27,882 bases of DNA from a virus. Its lineage: Duplodnaviria; Heunggongvirae; Uroviricota; Caudoviricetes. The notes beneath the pieces were generated by a model. That model saw only the letters and a list, made by a program, of their open reading frames with translations, was not told the origin of the DNA and made no database searches. Made by a program: the position numbers and the translations under genes. Positions 1-9,885 of the stretch are shown in pieces. The stretch covers positions 1 through 27,882 of IMG/VR virus record IMGVR_UViG_2698536647_000011; one strand, 5' to 3'. Position 1 is the first letter of the stretch. Every line of letters begins with the position of its first letter.

Positions 1-333
1 TTAAACGATGCTGATTGCAGTACCGGCGAACGCGTTACGTTTAATGTTGTCGTCGGTGACGGCAGATGGCCAGAGGACATCTTCAATACGGAAAGAGCCA
101 GATTTGTAATATGCCAGTTCCGCGCTGTTCTGGTCTGCGGTTACAGCCAGGATGCCCATTGCCGCGCCAGCATGAGCACCATCCCAGACGGTCAGCTTGC
201 CAGAAGTGGCATCCAGCATGAGCGGCGTCATGGCTGGAGTGGAAGCCGTCAGTTCGCCAGGACCATACGCAGTGTGCGCCGGGTCGCTGTTACCGAGCGG
301 CTGGTTATGTGTGAAAACTTCAGTAATTGCCAT
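1..333 (-). CDS. D: Head decoration protein (lambda gpD-like), complete 110 aa; stop codon at 1-3
   Basis: Translation [22 protein letters not shown]...FAGTAISIV closely matches my recollection of lambda gpD ([16 protein letters not shown]...[10 protein letters not shown]); same length. Confidence 0.9.
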   Translation of the reverse strand: MAITEVFTHNQPLGNSDPAHTAYGPGELTASTPAMTPLMLDATSGKLTVWDGAHAGAAMGILAVTADQNSAELAYYKSGSFRIEDVLWPSAVTDDNIKRNAFAGTAISIV

Positions 334-342
334 GATAGCCTC

Positions 343-756
343 TTAAACGGGGGTGTTTAACAAATCGTCAGCGGCATCAGAAGATGCGCTACCTGCTGGG
401 AGTGCACCGGGTGCTGTTTCCATCAAACGATCCAGCGCCGTATCGGTACGCGCCTGGGCACTTTGCGGTGCAGCAGCCAGAATGCGCTGTGCGCTCTCTA
501 CCGTCATACCAGGCGTTTCGGCCAGTGCTCGCGCCTGTGACTCACGCCCTTTAGCCTCATCGCAGTTCAGGATGCCCATGATGCGGCTATTCTCTGCAGC
601 TACTGCTGCAGTAACCTGCGCACTGACATCTACAGGGGCCGCTACGGAAGCAATGGTCGTGTCAACGGTAGTGACCTGTTCAGCTGAGGCAGTTGTCTGA
701 GTTGCTGCCTGGTCAACTGGCTTAGTGGTCACAGCTGAAGCAGAAGGTGATGGCAT
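343..756 (-). CDS. Nu3: Nu3-like scaffolding protein, in-frame internal start inside C (137 aa)
   Basis: Internal ATG at 756-754 preceded by strong RBS (GGAGGAACT then ATG); lambda Nu3 is known to be an in-frame nested gene sharing the C 3' end. Confidence 0.55.
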   Translation of the reverse strand: MPSPSASAVTTKPVDQAATQTTASAEQVTTVDTTIASVAAPVDVSAQVTAAVAAENSRIMGILNCDEAKGRESQARALAETPGMTVESAQRILAAAPQSAQARTDTALDRLMETAPGALPAGSASSDAADDLLNTPV

Positions 757-1686
757 AGTTCCTCCAAGGGTTGTTTTTTTGCGTCTGTCGAGTGCTTCGC
801 GCATCACGCCGAGCGCATCGGTATTGTTAACAAGTTCATCCGCCAGTCCGTTATCCAAAGACTCCTGGCCGGAGAATACTGCCGCTTCGGTGTCCAGCAC
901 GTCCTGAACAGACATGCCGGTATAAGCGGAAACCTTTTCGGCAAACATCTGACGAGTGGCATCGATACGCGTCTGGAAATCAGCACGCACATCTTTCGGA
1001 AGCTTTTCGTAAGGGTTGCCGTCGACCTTGCGATCGCCGCTGTAAATCAGCGTGACCTCAACGCCGTTAGTTTTGAGCGCAGCGCCATAGTTGCTGTGCG
1101 CCATCATGACCCCAATGGAGCCGGTTCTGGCCGTTTGTGTGACCAGCCGTCGCGATGCCGAACTGGCTATAAGCTGCCCTGCACTGCAGTTCATGTCATT
1201 GGCCAGCGCCCAGATGGGTTTGATATCGCGCATACGGGCTATAATGTCGGCGCAGTCAAACGCCCCGGACACCATTCCACCCGGCGTATCCATATCCAGA
1301 AGAATGCCGTCAACGCCGGGGTCACTGATTGCCTGCTGCAGGCGAGCAATGATCCCGTTGTAACCCGTCATGCCGGAATAAGGCTGAAGCGCACGGGTTT
1401 TACTGACCAGCGTGCCGGAAACCGGCAAGACCGCGATACCATTTGCCACCTGATAGCTGCGTGATGGACGGGGATCCATGTCATCATCCTCACCAAACAG
1501 CGCCAGCGGTTCGGCTATTTGTCCGGCATCAAGCGTGATGCCAGAGACGGTATCTGTCAGCCGGGTGATGCCCAACTGGCCAGCCAGCGCGCAAAAGAAA
1601 ACCCGCGCATAGGCGGGTTCAAGCATCAGCGGCTCATTAAAGGCCATACTGGCAATATGCGGAAGATTACGCAGCTCGTGCGCCAT
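343..1686 (-). CDS. C: Minor capsid protein C / prohead protease (S49 ClpP/SppA-like), lambda gpC-like
   Basis: 447 aa; [31 protein letters not shown]... is near-identical in pattern to lambda gpC; start overlaps portal gene 3' end as in lambda. Confidence 0.9.
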   Translation of the reverse strand: MAHELRNLPHIASMAFNEPLMLEPAYARVFFCALAGQLGITRLTDTVSGITLDAGQIAEPLALFGEDDDMDPRPSRSYQVANGIAVLPVSGTLVSKTRALQPYSGMTGYNGIIARLQQAISDPGVDGILLDMDTPGGMVSGAFDCADIIARMRDIKPIWALANDMNCSAGQLIASSASRRLVTQTARTGSIGVMMAHSNYGAALKTNGVEVTLIYSGDRKVDGNPYEKLPKDVRADFQTRIDATRQMFAEKVSAYTGMSVQDVLDTEAAVFSGQESLDNGLADELVNNTDALGVMREALDRRKKTTLGGTMPSPSASAVTTKPVDQAATQTTASAEQVTTVDTTIASVAAPVDVSAQVTAAVAAENSRIMGILNCDEAKGRESQARALAETPGMTVESAQRILAAAPQSAQARTDTALDRLMETAPGALPAGSASSDAADDLLNTPV

Positions 1687-3259
1687 CTTGCTCCTCCTCG
1701 TTTGATTTTTTCACTCCGGCCTCAAAAGCTGCAGCGGCCCATGCCGGTGGTTTCAGACCCGCAGCACGACGCTCCATGGTTTCCCGGACCTGCTGGGCAA
1801 AAATCTCCTGATAATCATCACCGCGTTTGGCGCACTCTTTTTCATACGTGCTGAGACCTGCCTCAATGAGCATGACGGCCTCCTGTACCTCTTTCAGCCC
1901 GTCAATTGCCATTCGACCAGAGCCAATCCAGTTGGCATTCCCCCAGGCTGTTCTCGCCTCCTGGAAACTGAACCGGGCTTTCGAAGGAAGCGTGACCACG
2001 CGGCGGACAATCGCCTCTTCAAGCCAGCAAAGAAACATCTGACAGGCCTGTCGGGATGCCACAAACTTGCGACGCCCCATAAAGTACGCCCAGGACTCGT
2101 TAGCACTTGCGCGTGCGGTCGAGTAGCTCATCTGCGAATAGTTTCGCGAAAGCTGCTCATACGACACACCAAGCCCAGCGGCAATATAACGCAGCAGGGA
2201 CTGTTCAAAAGTCGAGTAGCCGTTATCGGTATCCTGCGCCGACTGAAGGTTGAGAGAATCACCCGGCAACAGGTGTGGAACCCTTGCCCCACCCAGGCGA
2301 ACAGGCGCAGCTGAGTAATAGGACGCCATTTCACCGAGCCAGCCCGTAAGTTTGCTCTGCTGCTCTTTATTATCCGCGCCGAGAATAAAGTCCATCGCCG
2401 ATTGGGTATCCAGTTCACTCTCGATGGTAGCGGCATACATAGCCTTCACTATCGCGCTCTGGAGCTGGGTATTTTGCAGGGTATCGAGCATTTTCATCTG
2501 CTCCATCACGCTGTAAAACGCATTGGCCCCACGGGTCTGTCCATCCTCCATCGGTTCGAATACATGGATAAATGAAGGTCGACCGCCGGGTAGTTCGCGA
2601 GGAATGTAGGTCCAGTTCTGCGCCATCCAGCCGGGATAACCATCGTCGCTGACGTAATATCCCAGCGCAGCACCGCTATCATTTATTTTCACACCGGCGC
2701 GACAGTTCCGGGTATCACCGATATTATTCGGATTGCTGACGCGCTTCGGACTGACCATTTTGAACTGAGTACGGAAAAGACGCGTTGAATCGCTGTCCCA
2801 GGTCGCCTGCGTGCATAATTCACCGTTAAACGCGTGCATGGCCACACCTTCTCGGATCATCATCGTAAACGTTCGCTTACGCTCGGCATCAATCCCGCAA
2901 AAGTCGTCCTCGGCATACTCATTCCATGCAGCTTCCACATCCCGCGAGAATGCCCGTGAATCCTCCTCATTTATTCCCAGATAACGCCAGCTTGGTCGAT
3001 AACTGAGTCTGAAAAATGACCCGACGATGTGGTCCTGGTGGAGCTGCACGGCGTTTGCCGCGTAGCCATTATTTCGCACCAGATCGTCAGCGCGGGCATT
3101 TCCGCGAGAATAGTTGGGTAGGAGTGCGGCATCTGCACTTTCACTCGGCGGATTCCAGCCTCGCAGCTGCCCACCAAACCCGCCTCCACCGCCATGATAT
3201 CCTGCGTATTCCCGAAGGGATGTTTTCCCGTCAGGTCCCACCAAAGATGGTATTTTCAT
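1667..3259 (-). CDS. B: Portal protein (lambda gpB-like)
   Basis: 530 aa; ...[27 protein letters not shown]... and the long C-terminal half match lambda gpB closely from memory. Confidence 0.95.
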   Translation of the reverse strand: MKIPSLVGPDGKTSLREYAGYHGGGGGFGGQLRGWNPPSESADAALLPNYSRGNARADDLVRNNGYAANAVQLHQDHIVGSFFRLSYRPSWRYLGINEEDSRAFSRDVEAAWNEYAEDDFCGIDAERKRTFTMMIREGVAMHAFNGELCTQATWDSDSTRLFRTQFKMVSPKRVSNPNNIGDTRNCRAGVKINDSGAALGYYVSDDGYPGWMAQNWTYIPRELPGGRPSFIHVFEPMEDGQTRGANAFYSVMEQMKMLDTLQNTQLQSAIVKAMYAATIESELDTQSAMDFILGADNKEQQSKLTGWLGEMASYYSAAPVRLGGARVPHLLPGDSLNLQSAQDTDNGYSTFEQSLLRYIAAGLGVSYEQLSRNYSQMSYSTARASANESWAYFMGRRKFVASRQACQMFLCWLEEAIVRRVVTLPSKARFSFQEARTAWGNANWIGSGRMAIDGLKEVQEAVMLIEAGLSTYEKECAKRGDDYQEIFAQQVRETMERRAAGLKPPAWAAAAFEAGVKKSNEEEQDGARAA

Positions 3260-3462
3260 ACGTAAAACCCTGCTGGCCCCCGGCGTCGTGATGTGGTGCC
3301 AACCTGAGATTCAAGGTCAGCAATATATTTTTTGAGATCGCTGACTGAAGTGGCTGTAAATTCCACTCTTCGACCGTCTTTCTGTACCGTCGCCACGCGC
3401 TTTCCCATCATCAGGTCATGTAACGCAGCGCGCGCGGCATCCAGTTCAGTCTGTGTTGCCAT
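3256..3462 (-). CDS. W: Head-tail joining protein W (lambda gpW-like)
   Basis: 68 aa; ...[43 protein letters not shown]...[10 protein letters not shown] matches lambda gpW; start overlaps terminase stop (TAATG). Confidence 0.9.
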   Translation of the reverse strand: MATQTELDAARAALHDLMMGKRVATVQKDGRRVEFTATSVSDLKKYIADLESQVGTTSRRRGPAGFYV

Positions 3463-5384
3463 TATTCATCTCCAGATAATGCCCGCGCGTAATCCGCCAG
3501 GGTCTTGTTATTGTTACGGCTGCCTTCTTCCTCCAGCAGGCTGGCCAGAAGTGAATCAAGATTTAGCTGCCAGCGGGATATGCTTATACGCAGCGCCGCC
3601 AGTGCATAAACAAAGCAATCGAGCGCCTCATTTCGTCGTTTTTTGCTGTCCCATACGATCTTTTTCTTTCCGTCTACCCATTTTTCCACCTGCTCTTCAG
3701 CTGTTAGTTGTTGGGCCTCTGTTAGATCGTAGATTTCTGGGTTATTCGGGAAATGAACCGCTCCCGCCAGCGGCTCGTCTCTTTGCGCCACCAGCGTGAA
3801 ACGGTTATAAATCTGCTCTTTTGCGGTGTCTGTTCCTACCTCTGTGAGGTAAACACCATTCTTGTTACGCTTGCGTGGCATGTTCGCCACTGGCTTTCCA
3901 TAAACCGACGCCCCCTTTATAGGGATCACACGAAACAGACCGTGTTTTTTTGAGCGGTTGTAGACGATGGTGGGATCAATGCCGCCAATATCCCAGCAAG
4001 TGCGGGATATAACCATTTCGAGACCGTTCTGGCGCTTATACGTCCTGTTGATCGCTTCATCAACTCGAGCGAGAGTCGACTCATCATCATGACGACCCAT
4101 AATGATAATTTTGTCGATAAGCCAGCTTTCCTCTCCCGGCCCCCATCCCCAAACACGCATTTCGTAACGGTCAAGCTGGGAGTCAATACCCGCTGTCAGA
4201 TATGCCACTCGCTCCGGCACAGACGCTTCAAAGTGCTCTTTTCGTTCCGCTAAAACTTCAGCATCGGGTCGTTCACCTATTTTCGGTTCCCACGTTTCGC
4301 CCAGGGTCGTGTTAACGAAAGTTTTTCGCTTACCCGTATCACCTTTTGTTTTTATCCAGTCCTTGACGATCTGCACCCAGGTTGTGAACGGGCTATATGC
4401 GGTCCAGATGTGGAATGTAACGCTGTCAGGAGGTTCAATTTCGGTACCGGATGAAGAAAACCAGTTAAGGCCGTCTCGTGTCCAGATACCTGTTTCATCA
4501 CAAATATACCTGGCCTCCAGAAATTCCAGCTCCTGTTGTTTAATCACACAGGCATTGTGTTCACAGAGGTAGTAAACGCTGGCAGGTTCTCCCGGAGACC
4601 ATTTGAAGCCAAATGGTGTCTCTTTATCACCGAATTTCAGATACTGCTCTTCCCCACAGTGTGGGCATGGAACATGGAACCGAAGAAAATGTTCAGACTC
4701 CTTAGCAGCTCTTTCTATCTGGCACGTACCTTTGACTTTCGGTGTAGATCCGCGAATGGATTTCGGCCATACAGAACCCTCAATACGCTTATCACCCAGA
4801 AAGGTGGGAGAACCTTCTTTCTCGATGTCATCATCGAAAGCGGCGAGCTCGTCGTAGCCAGCCACATCAACTGATTTTTCACGGTAGTTTTTTGCAGCCT
4901 TACCGCCCAGGCACCAGAAACCACGACCATTCGAGAAACGCTTCATGCTCAGCGTATTGTCCCGGTGTTTTTTACCGTACCAGGGAGCAAGCGCCAGCAA
5001 CGTCGGAATATCACGAATGGTCGGTTCTACATGAGACTTCATGAAGTTTTCAGCATCACCGTCGGTTGGTAACCATATTAGGGAGTTACGCTGTTTATGT
5101 TGGATGAAATATGCGTAAACGCCGAGCAACATTTTTGAGTAGCCGACACGAGCCGATTTAACGACATTCACCTCGCGAATATAGTCATTACCCATCGCAT
5201 TCATAATTGCACGCTGAAATGGCAGTGTTTCCCAGCGCCCTTCCTGGTAGGCAGACTCTTTCGGGAGATAATAATTCTCATCTGCCCATTCAACTGCTGT
5301 TTGCGGTTGCGGCCGGTACAGCGAACGTAACCCCGCCCGCGCAGAGTGCTGCAGCCCCTTAACCTGACTGTTCGATATATTCAC
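3462..5384 (-). CDS. A: Terminase large subunit (lambda gpA-like)
   Basis: 640 aa, lambda gpA length and position between Nu1 and W; 5' end overlaps Nu1 3' end as in lambda. Confidence 0.95.
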   Translation of the reverse strand: MNISNSQVKGLQHSARAGLRSLYRPQPQTAVEWADENYYLPKESAYQEGRWETLPFQRAIMNAMGNDYIREVNVVKSARVGYSKMLLGVYAYFIQHKQRNSLIWLPTDGDAENFMKSHVEPTIRDIPTLLALAPWYGKKHRDNTLSMKRFSNGRGFWCLGGKAAKNYREKSVDVAGYDELAAFDDDIEKEGSPTFLGDKRIEGSVWPKSIRGSTPKVKGTCQIERAAKESEHFLRFHVPCPHCGEEQYLKFGDKETPFGFKWSPGEPASVYYLCEHNACVIKQQELEFLEARYICDETGIWTRDGLNWFSSSGTEIEPPDSVTFHIWTAYSPFTTWVQIVKDWIKTKGDTGKRKTFVNTTLGETWEPKIGERPDAEVLAERKEHFEASVPERVAYLTAGIDSQLDRYEMRVWGWGPGEESWLIDKIIIMGRHDDESTLARVDEAINRTYKRQNGLEMVISRTCWDIGGIDPTIVYNRSKKHGLFRVIPIKGASVYGKPVANMPRKRNKNGVYLTEVGTDTAKEQIYNRFTLVAQRDEPLAGAVHFPNNPEIYDLTEAQQLTAEEQVEKWVDGKKKIVWDSKKRRNEALDCFVYALAALRISISRWQLNLDSLLASLLEEEGSRNNNKTLADYARALSGDE

Positions 5385-5904
5385 TCAGCAACCCCGGTAT
5401 CATTTCATCCAGCGCAGCTGCCTTGTTCATGGCCTTAATGATGTCCTTCTTGAGGAAATCAATATGTCGGTTCTCCAGCTCCGGGAAGCGCCGCTGAACC
5501 GACAGAGGTATTCCATCGAGAATGCTGGCGATTTCTCCGGCTACCCGCGACAGCACGAACGTGCAGAATGCGGTCTCCACCACTTCAGCGGACTCTTTTG
5601 CATTTTTTAATTCCTGAGCGTCAGCCTGAGCTCGCGTAAGTCGGTGTCGCTCATATTCAATCGTGCCAGGTTGAAGATCGGACTCAGAAGCGATACGGAG
5701 ATCTTCAACTTCCTTCCGCAACTTTTCATTTTCTATAGCTGCATCGCGCGCACTGTACCATTCGATTGCAGCAGCAGATTCAAAGAGAACCTCATTACCT
5801 TTGCCACCACCGCGGACAACCGGCATACCTTGCTCCTGCCAGTTCTGAATCGTTCGGACGCTTACCCCGAAAATTTCGGATAAGCGTTTTTTGTTAACCT
5901 CCAT
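5359..5904 (-). CDS. Nu1: Terminase small subunit (lambda Nu1-like)
   Basis: 181 aa; MEVNKKRLSEIFGVSVRTIQNWQEQGMPVVRGGGKGNEVL... is near-identical to lambda Nu1 N-terminal winged-HTH region. Confidence 0.95.
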   Translation of the reverse strand: MEVNKKRLSEIFGVSVRTIQNWQEQGMPVVRGGGKGNEVLFESAAAIEWYSARDAAIENEKLRKEVEDLRIASESDLQPGTIEYERHRLTRAQADAQELKNAKESAEVVETAFCTFVLSRVAGEIASILDGIPLSVQRRFPELENRHIDFLKKDIIKAMNKAAALDEMIPGLLSEYIEQSG

Positions 5905-6149
5905 GGCTTACTCCTGGCAAAAAACAGAGAAAGGAAACAATCAACGGTAAACTTCCGTTTTCCTTGCTCAGCATTTCCTTTCTGGAGAGAGGACGTTTTT
6001 AACAAAAACAATGAGTAAACAAGAAGAAGAACGGAAATGGCATAAACCAGAAAATTTTCATAAATAGCGAGAATCTGCGCGGACGCCGCCCCGTAACAAG
6101 GCGGATCGCCGGAAAGGACCCGCAAACGATAATAATTATCAATTGCACA
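5905..6149 (-). promoter_or_regulatory. cos region (cosB, cosN, cosQ); cosN 12-nt cohesive end predicted at about 6080-6091 (GGGCGGCGTCCG on - strand)
   Basis: Reverse complement of 6060-6125 aligns base-for-base with the lambda genome end junction (...GGTCCTTTCCGG..GTTACG|GGGCGGCG.CC.|CGC...CGCTATTTATGAAAATTTTC); lies immediately upstream of Nu1. Confidence 0.75.
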
Positions 6150-6878
6150 CTATCGACGGCACTGCTGCCAGATAACACCACCGGGGAAACATTCCATCAT
6201 GATGGCCGTGCGGACATAGGAAGCCAGTTCATCCATCGCTTTCTTGTCTGCTGCCATTTGCTTTGTGACATCCAGCGCCGCACATTCAGCAGCGTTTTTC
6301 AGCGCGTTTTCGATCAACGTTTCAATGTTGGTATCAACACCAGGTTTAACTTTGAACTTATCGGCACTGACGGTTACCTTGTTCTGCGCTGGCTCATCAC
6401 GCTGGATACCAAGGCTGATGTTGTAGATATTGGTCACCGGCTGAGGTGTTTCGATTGCCGCTGCGTGGATAGCACCATTTGCGATAGCGGCGTCCTTGAT
6501 GAATGACACTCCATTGCGAATAAGTTCGAAGGAGACGGTGTCACGAATGCGCTGGTCCAGCTCGTCGATTGCCTTTTGTGCAGCAGAGGTATCAATCTCA
6601 ACGCCAAGCGTCATCGAAGCGCAATATTGCTGCTCACCAAAACGCGTATTGACCAGGTGTTCAACGGCAAATTTCTGCCCTTCTGATGTCAGAAAGGTAA
6701 AGTGATTTTCTTTCTGGTATTCAGTTGCTGTGTGTCTGGTTTCAGCAAAACCAAGCTCGCGCAATTCGGCTGTGCCAGATTTAGAAGGCAGATCACCAGA
6801 CAGCAACGCGCCACGGAAAAACAGCGCATAAAGCACTTCATTAGCAGCGCCAGATAGCGTAATGATTTTGTTACTCAT
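6150..6878 (-). CDS. Hypothetical protein (242 aa) abutting cos; no family recognised
   Basis: Long ORF; internal ATG at 6878 (MSNKIITLSGAANEV...) has RBS AAGGAAA; the annotated ORF start at 6917 lacks one. Confidence 0.55.
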   Translation of the reverse strand: MSNKIITLSGAANEVLYALFFRGALLSGDLPSKSGTAELRELGFAETRHTATEYQKENHFTFLTSEGQKFAVEHLVNTRFGEQQYCASMTLGVEIDTSAAQKAIDELDQRIRDTVSFELIRNGVSFIKDAAIANGAIHAAAIETPQPVTNIYNISLGIQRDEPAQNKVTVSADKFKVKPGVDTNIETLIENALKNAAECAALDVTKQMAADKKAMDELASYVRTAIMMECFPGGVIWQQCRR

Positions 6879-7263
6879 GGAATATTTCCTTTTAGGCGTG
6901 AGCCTGTCGCACGGCAATGCCGCCCGAGAGGTAAACGCAACCTAACGGCATCACCCAGGCTCACTACTGAAAGACTCTCTTTGATGTGCGCGTGCGATGC
7001 GCGTAGAAGACTGATTTATCAACCTGTCTTTATATCAGGATTCATTACCTGACTATTTGTGGGTAAAGTTCGTAGTGCGCTGATCGTGCAAAATGATTTT
7101 AGTTGGGAACAGTTCGCAACTCTGTCCCATAAAAATCAGCATATTCCCATCTATCCCATATCCAGCGCATTGACCATCGGGATACTGAAGGGAGATTCCA
7201 TCATCTCTTAGAAAGATCACCATCTCTTTTGTTTCAATTTGCATATAGCTACCTGGAGGATTT

Positions 7264-7878
7264 ATGAATGCAAGGATTTTCATGGACTATTACCATGAGA
7301 TTGATTTTCCATCTTTATTCGCGAGAGCAGTGGAAAGCGATGACGATGTGGGTACTACATTGCGCATTCACCTACTTTGTGAGCGCATGGTCGAAGCATG
7401 GATATGCGCATGCTGTGACTGCCAAGATCTCTTTGGAAGAGATAAAAACAAACTTTTAATCGAATGTAATACTAAAATATCCATGGCGGGAAACCTGGGA
7501 ATCCCCCCGGAACTTATGAAATCACTTAAAACCATCAACTCAATGCGTAATGACCTTGCACACAATCCATCAATACAAAGCATTGCTGATTCAAGGATCC
7601 AGAGCCTGAAGGATACTCTGACTGAATACTTTAAACAGCATCCAACGGAACCCAGCATGGAAGAATCAAAACTGGGTATTTTTAACGCCGAGAATCAATT
7701 AACCGAAGAAGTTTCCTTAGATAGTGACAGTTCAAAAAACAGACTTAAGTTAATCTTGCTGTTCAGCAAGTTAATGCAGGCGTTAATGCAATTAGTTGCA
7801 GCTAATCATAATGGGCGCTGGGATAACCAATTTAGCCAATTCGTTTACCATGTGACCATGAACGCAACAAAGAGATAA
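7264..7878 (+). CDS. HEPN-motif protein (204 aa), possible abortive-infection or RNase-type accessory gene; opposite strand to phage late genes
   Basis: Contains ...LKTINSMRNDLAHNPSIQ..., an R-x4-H arrangement as in HEPN RNase motifs; AT-rich codon usage unlike flanking phage genes; RBS GGAGGA 4 nt before ATG; followed by stem-loops at 7884-7902 and 7915-7935. Confidence 0.55.
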   Translation: MNARIFMDYYHEIDFPSLFARAVESDDDVGTTLRIHLLCERMVEAWICACCDCQDLFGRDKNKLLIECNTKISMAGNLGIPPELMKSLKTINSMRNDLAHNPSIQSIADSRIQSLKDTLTEYFKQHPTEPSMEESKLGIFNAENQLTEEVSLDSDSSKNRLKLILLFSKLMQALMQLVAANHNGRWDNQFSQFVYHVTMNATKR

Positions 7879-7946
7879 ATCCAAGCCCGTTTTGTACGGG
7901 CTGTTGCATTATCACAGGCACTCAGTGAATGCCTGCTGTAATGCCG

Positions 7947-8144
7947 CTAGTCGTCGAGTTGCAACACACCGTGATCCAGTGATTCTGAATAGGCGATAAG
8001 TCCGGTATAACCGGGGATAATCTCACCATTATCAGCTTCAAATTCAGGAATTGTGCCGGTGGTGATGGTGTATTGAGGCTGGCCATCTTCCTTCGCGAAG
8101 GCTGCCAGGTCTTCAATCTGCTTAGCTGTAAGAACTACTGTCAT
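7947..8144 (-). CDS. Small strongly acidic hypothetical protein (65 aa from second ATG)
   Basis: ORF with GAGGA RBS 6 nt before ATG at 8144; about 12 Asp/Glu versus 2 Lys; downstream of a terminator, so likely own promoter. Confidence 0.4.
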   Translation of the reverse strand: MTVVLTAKQIEDLAAFAKEDGQPQYTITTGTIPEFEADNGEIIPGYTGLIAYSESLDHGVLQLDD

Positions 8145-8161
8145 GCTCATTCCTCAGTTGT

Positions 8162-8186
8162 TAAAAAGCCCCGCGAGTGCGAGGCG
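8162..8186 (-). terminator. Intrinsic terminator after lysis cassette
   Basis: On - strand GCCTCGC-ACTC-GCGGGGC hairpin (7 bp with one G-U) followed by TTTTT. Confidence 0.5.
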
Positions 8187-8357
8187 ATTTGATTGAATTC
8201 TCGGCTCTTATCTCAGCGCAGCCCCTTACTGCGTGCCGGTTGCTCGGTGATGAGCATCAGCGATGAGACATTAAAGCCGACCGAAGGCCAGCGGCGTTCC
8301 TCATGTTGCCGACAGAGCCATATCGACAAGAGGACGAAAACTAGCAGCATGAATCGC

Positions 8358-8861
8358 CTATTGGTTATTCGACAGTCGCACTGATTCGTAAATCCGCTCA
8401 CACGTCATTCCTGCCCGGTAGCTTTCGTCAGATCGTCCAGCATAATATCGAGCTGCTTCTGCAAGGCTTCCGAGCATGTCGGCAAGCATTGCTGCGTTGG
8501 CTCCGGCTGTTTTGCTTCTGACGGAAGTGGCGAGATCTGCGGTGTGCTTTGCGGCGTCCATGTGGGTAGCGAGTTTTGTTGCTTCGGCGCGCAGCTGCTT
8601 AACAGTGGTAGCCAGGCCAGCAGAAGTAACGGCAGCGCTCGCTGCTTGAGCTTGAGCATCTTTAACGGCCTCATCCCGGGCGATTGTTCGCCCTTGTTCA
8701 ATCATACGAGCTGCGGTCTGTGCATTCGCTTCCTGTGAAGATTCCGCGCTATCCCGGTCAGCCCACTTTATTTTCCAGCTGCGGTTCGTCCACTCACTGC
8801 CAGCGAGAAACGAACCTACCAACGCAACAATCACAATGATGCAGATGCCACCCGGCTTCAC
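8358..8861 (-). CDS. Rz: Rz-like i-spanin
   Basis: Position after endolysin; N-terminal TM segment (ICIIVIVALVGSFLAG) then Ala/Gln/Arg-rich coiled-coil periplasmic domain; likely GTG start at 8861 overlapping endolysin stop. Start uncertain. Confidence 0.7.
   Translation of the reverse strand: MKPGGICIIVIVALVGSFLAGSEWTNRSWKIKWADRDSAESSQEANAQTAARMIEQGRTIARDEAVKDAQAQAASAAVTSAGLATTVKQLRAEATKLATHMDAAKHTADLATSVRSKTAGANAAMLADMLGSLAEAARYYAGRSDESYRAGMTCERIYESVRLSNNQ
8405..8659 (-). CDS. Rz1: Rz1-like o-spanin lipoprotein, embedded in +1 frame inside Rz
   Basis: MLKLKQRALPLLLLAWLPLLSSC lipoprotein signal with lipobox Cys, followed by Pro-rich short mature peptide; classic embedded Rz1 architecture. 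Alternative start at 8674. Confidence 0.7.
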   Translation of the reverse strand: MLKLKQRALPLLLLAWLPLLSSCAPKQQNSLPTWTPQSTPQISPLPSEAKQPEPTQQCLPTCSEALQKQLDIMLDDLTKATGQE

Positions 8862-9406
8862 TGGTCTATCCCCCAGCACGTCAGTGCGCTTTCCTGGTCC
8901 CGCCGTTCTACCTGCCCATAACATCCATCCTTCTGGCCCTTGGTCAGGCGGCAATCGCGGCCACCGTCTTTAATCCACCAGCGGATTGCCTCGCATGCAC
9001 CGATGCGGTCACCTGCGTTGATGCGCTTATAGAAGGTCGATGGGAAACATTTTCCGGGGCCGATGTTATATGGGCAGAAAGAAGCGATACCCGCTTTCTG
9101 TGGTTCGGTCAGTGGTACTTTGATATTTCGGTCAACCCACGCCAGCGCCTTGTCGCGTTCAATGGCGTTTACCTGGGCGCATTTCTCAGCTGACAGCTTC
9201 ATGCCCTGTACTACTGGCTTGCCATCAACCATTGTTGCACCACGGCAAATGGTCCAGAGTCCGCCGCCGTCGCGATATGCTGTCAAGCTGTTACCCTCTT
9301 TCTCATCCAGAAACTGATCGAGAATCACGGGTGCGGAAGCCCCGGCAAGAATCAAACCAACGACCGCTGCGCTCAATTTATTCTTCAGCTTTAGAGACAT
9401 AGCCAT
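8858..9406 (-). CDS. R: SAR endolysin (T4-lysozyme-like GH24 with N-terminal signal-anchor-release domain), phage 21 R-type
   Basis: N-terminal weakly hydrophobic Gly/Ala-rich segment (LSAAVVGLILAGASAPVIL) followed by E-x8-D-x5-T catalytic triad (EGNSLTAYRDGGGLWT). Confidence 0.9.
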   Translation of the reverse strand: MAMSLKLKNKLSAAVVGLILAGASAPVILDQFLDEKEGNSLTAYRDGGGLWTICRGATMVDGKPVVQGMKLSAEKCAQVNAIERDKALAWVDRNIKVPLTEPQKAGIASFCPYNIGPGKCFPSTFYKRINAGDRIGACEAIRWWIKDGGRDCRLTKGQKDGCYGQVERRDQESALTCWGIDQ

Positions 9407-9656
9407 TGCGCCGATCCTCCCGTTCTTTCCAGCGGAAATACCAGTTCACTGCACAGGTGATTACCGTGCATGCGATACCGACAATAATTGCCCAGTCGCT
9501 CAGGCTTAACCCTGCAATTCTGTCGGCCAACATCCAGGACACCTCTTTTGCTGTTTTTGCTGTTTCGGCATATGCCTTCGCTGATACACCGCAGCCGGTC
9601 AGCGTGGTGCCTGTTCCATATGAAAGTCTGCTGTAAATGGTGCTCATTCTGGTCAT
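9378..9656 (-). CDS. S: Holin, S21/pinholin-like, with dual-start motif (M-T-R-M)
   Basis: C-terminal ...WAIIVGIACTVITCAVNWYFRWKEREDRRNG resembles phage 21 S (…NLYFKIREDRRKAARGE) from memory; two TM segments; overlaps endolysin start; paired with SAR endolysin. Confidence 0.8.
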   Translation of the reverse strand: MTRMSTIYSRLSYGTGTTLTGCGVSAKAYAETAKTAKEVSWMLADRIAGLSLSDWAIIVGIACTVITCAVNWYFRWKEREDRRNGYVSKAEE

Positions 9657-9885
9657 AGCCTCACCTCCGATTTTTCGGATGGCGCTGTGTGTGTATGAAA
9701 AGGATCAGGCCCTCGGGACGATTTAACAAGAAGGCATGTCGATGATGGTTCCCGTGAGCCTGAAATAGAAAGCCCCAGCAAATGCCTAGGCTAAATGAGG
9801 TGCCAGATCATATATCTGGCCGTATAACCTTGCGTTTGGTATTATTAAATCGCCAAAAGTAACCCTTCAAACACAAGGATTTAAA

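Noticed and set aside
353-1464. + strand ORFs inside gene C (115, 60, 90 and 122 aa)
   Set aside because: Antisense to a conserved lambda gpC coding sequence, with no RBS and Ala/Ser/Arg-biased composition.
7053-7283. 76-aa ORF on - strand upstream of the HEPN-motif gene
   Set aside because: No RBS before its ATG, overlaps the start of the + strand gene, and lies in the likely promoter region; probably spurious.
8193-8401. Short ORFs (63 aa on +, 62 aa on -) just downstream of Rz, considered as a bor-like lipoprotein
   Set aside because: No lipoprotein signal or lipobox, no RBS, GTG start and overlap with the Rz 3' end; no resemblance to lambda Bor.
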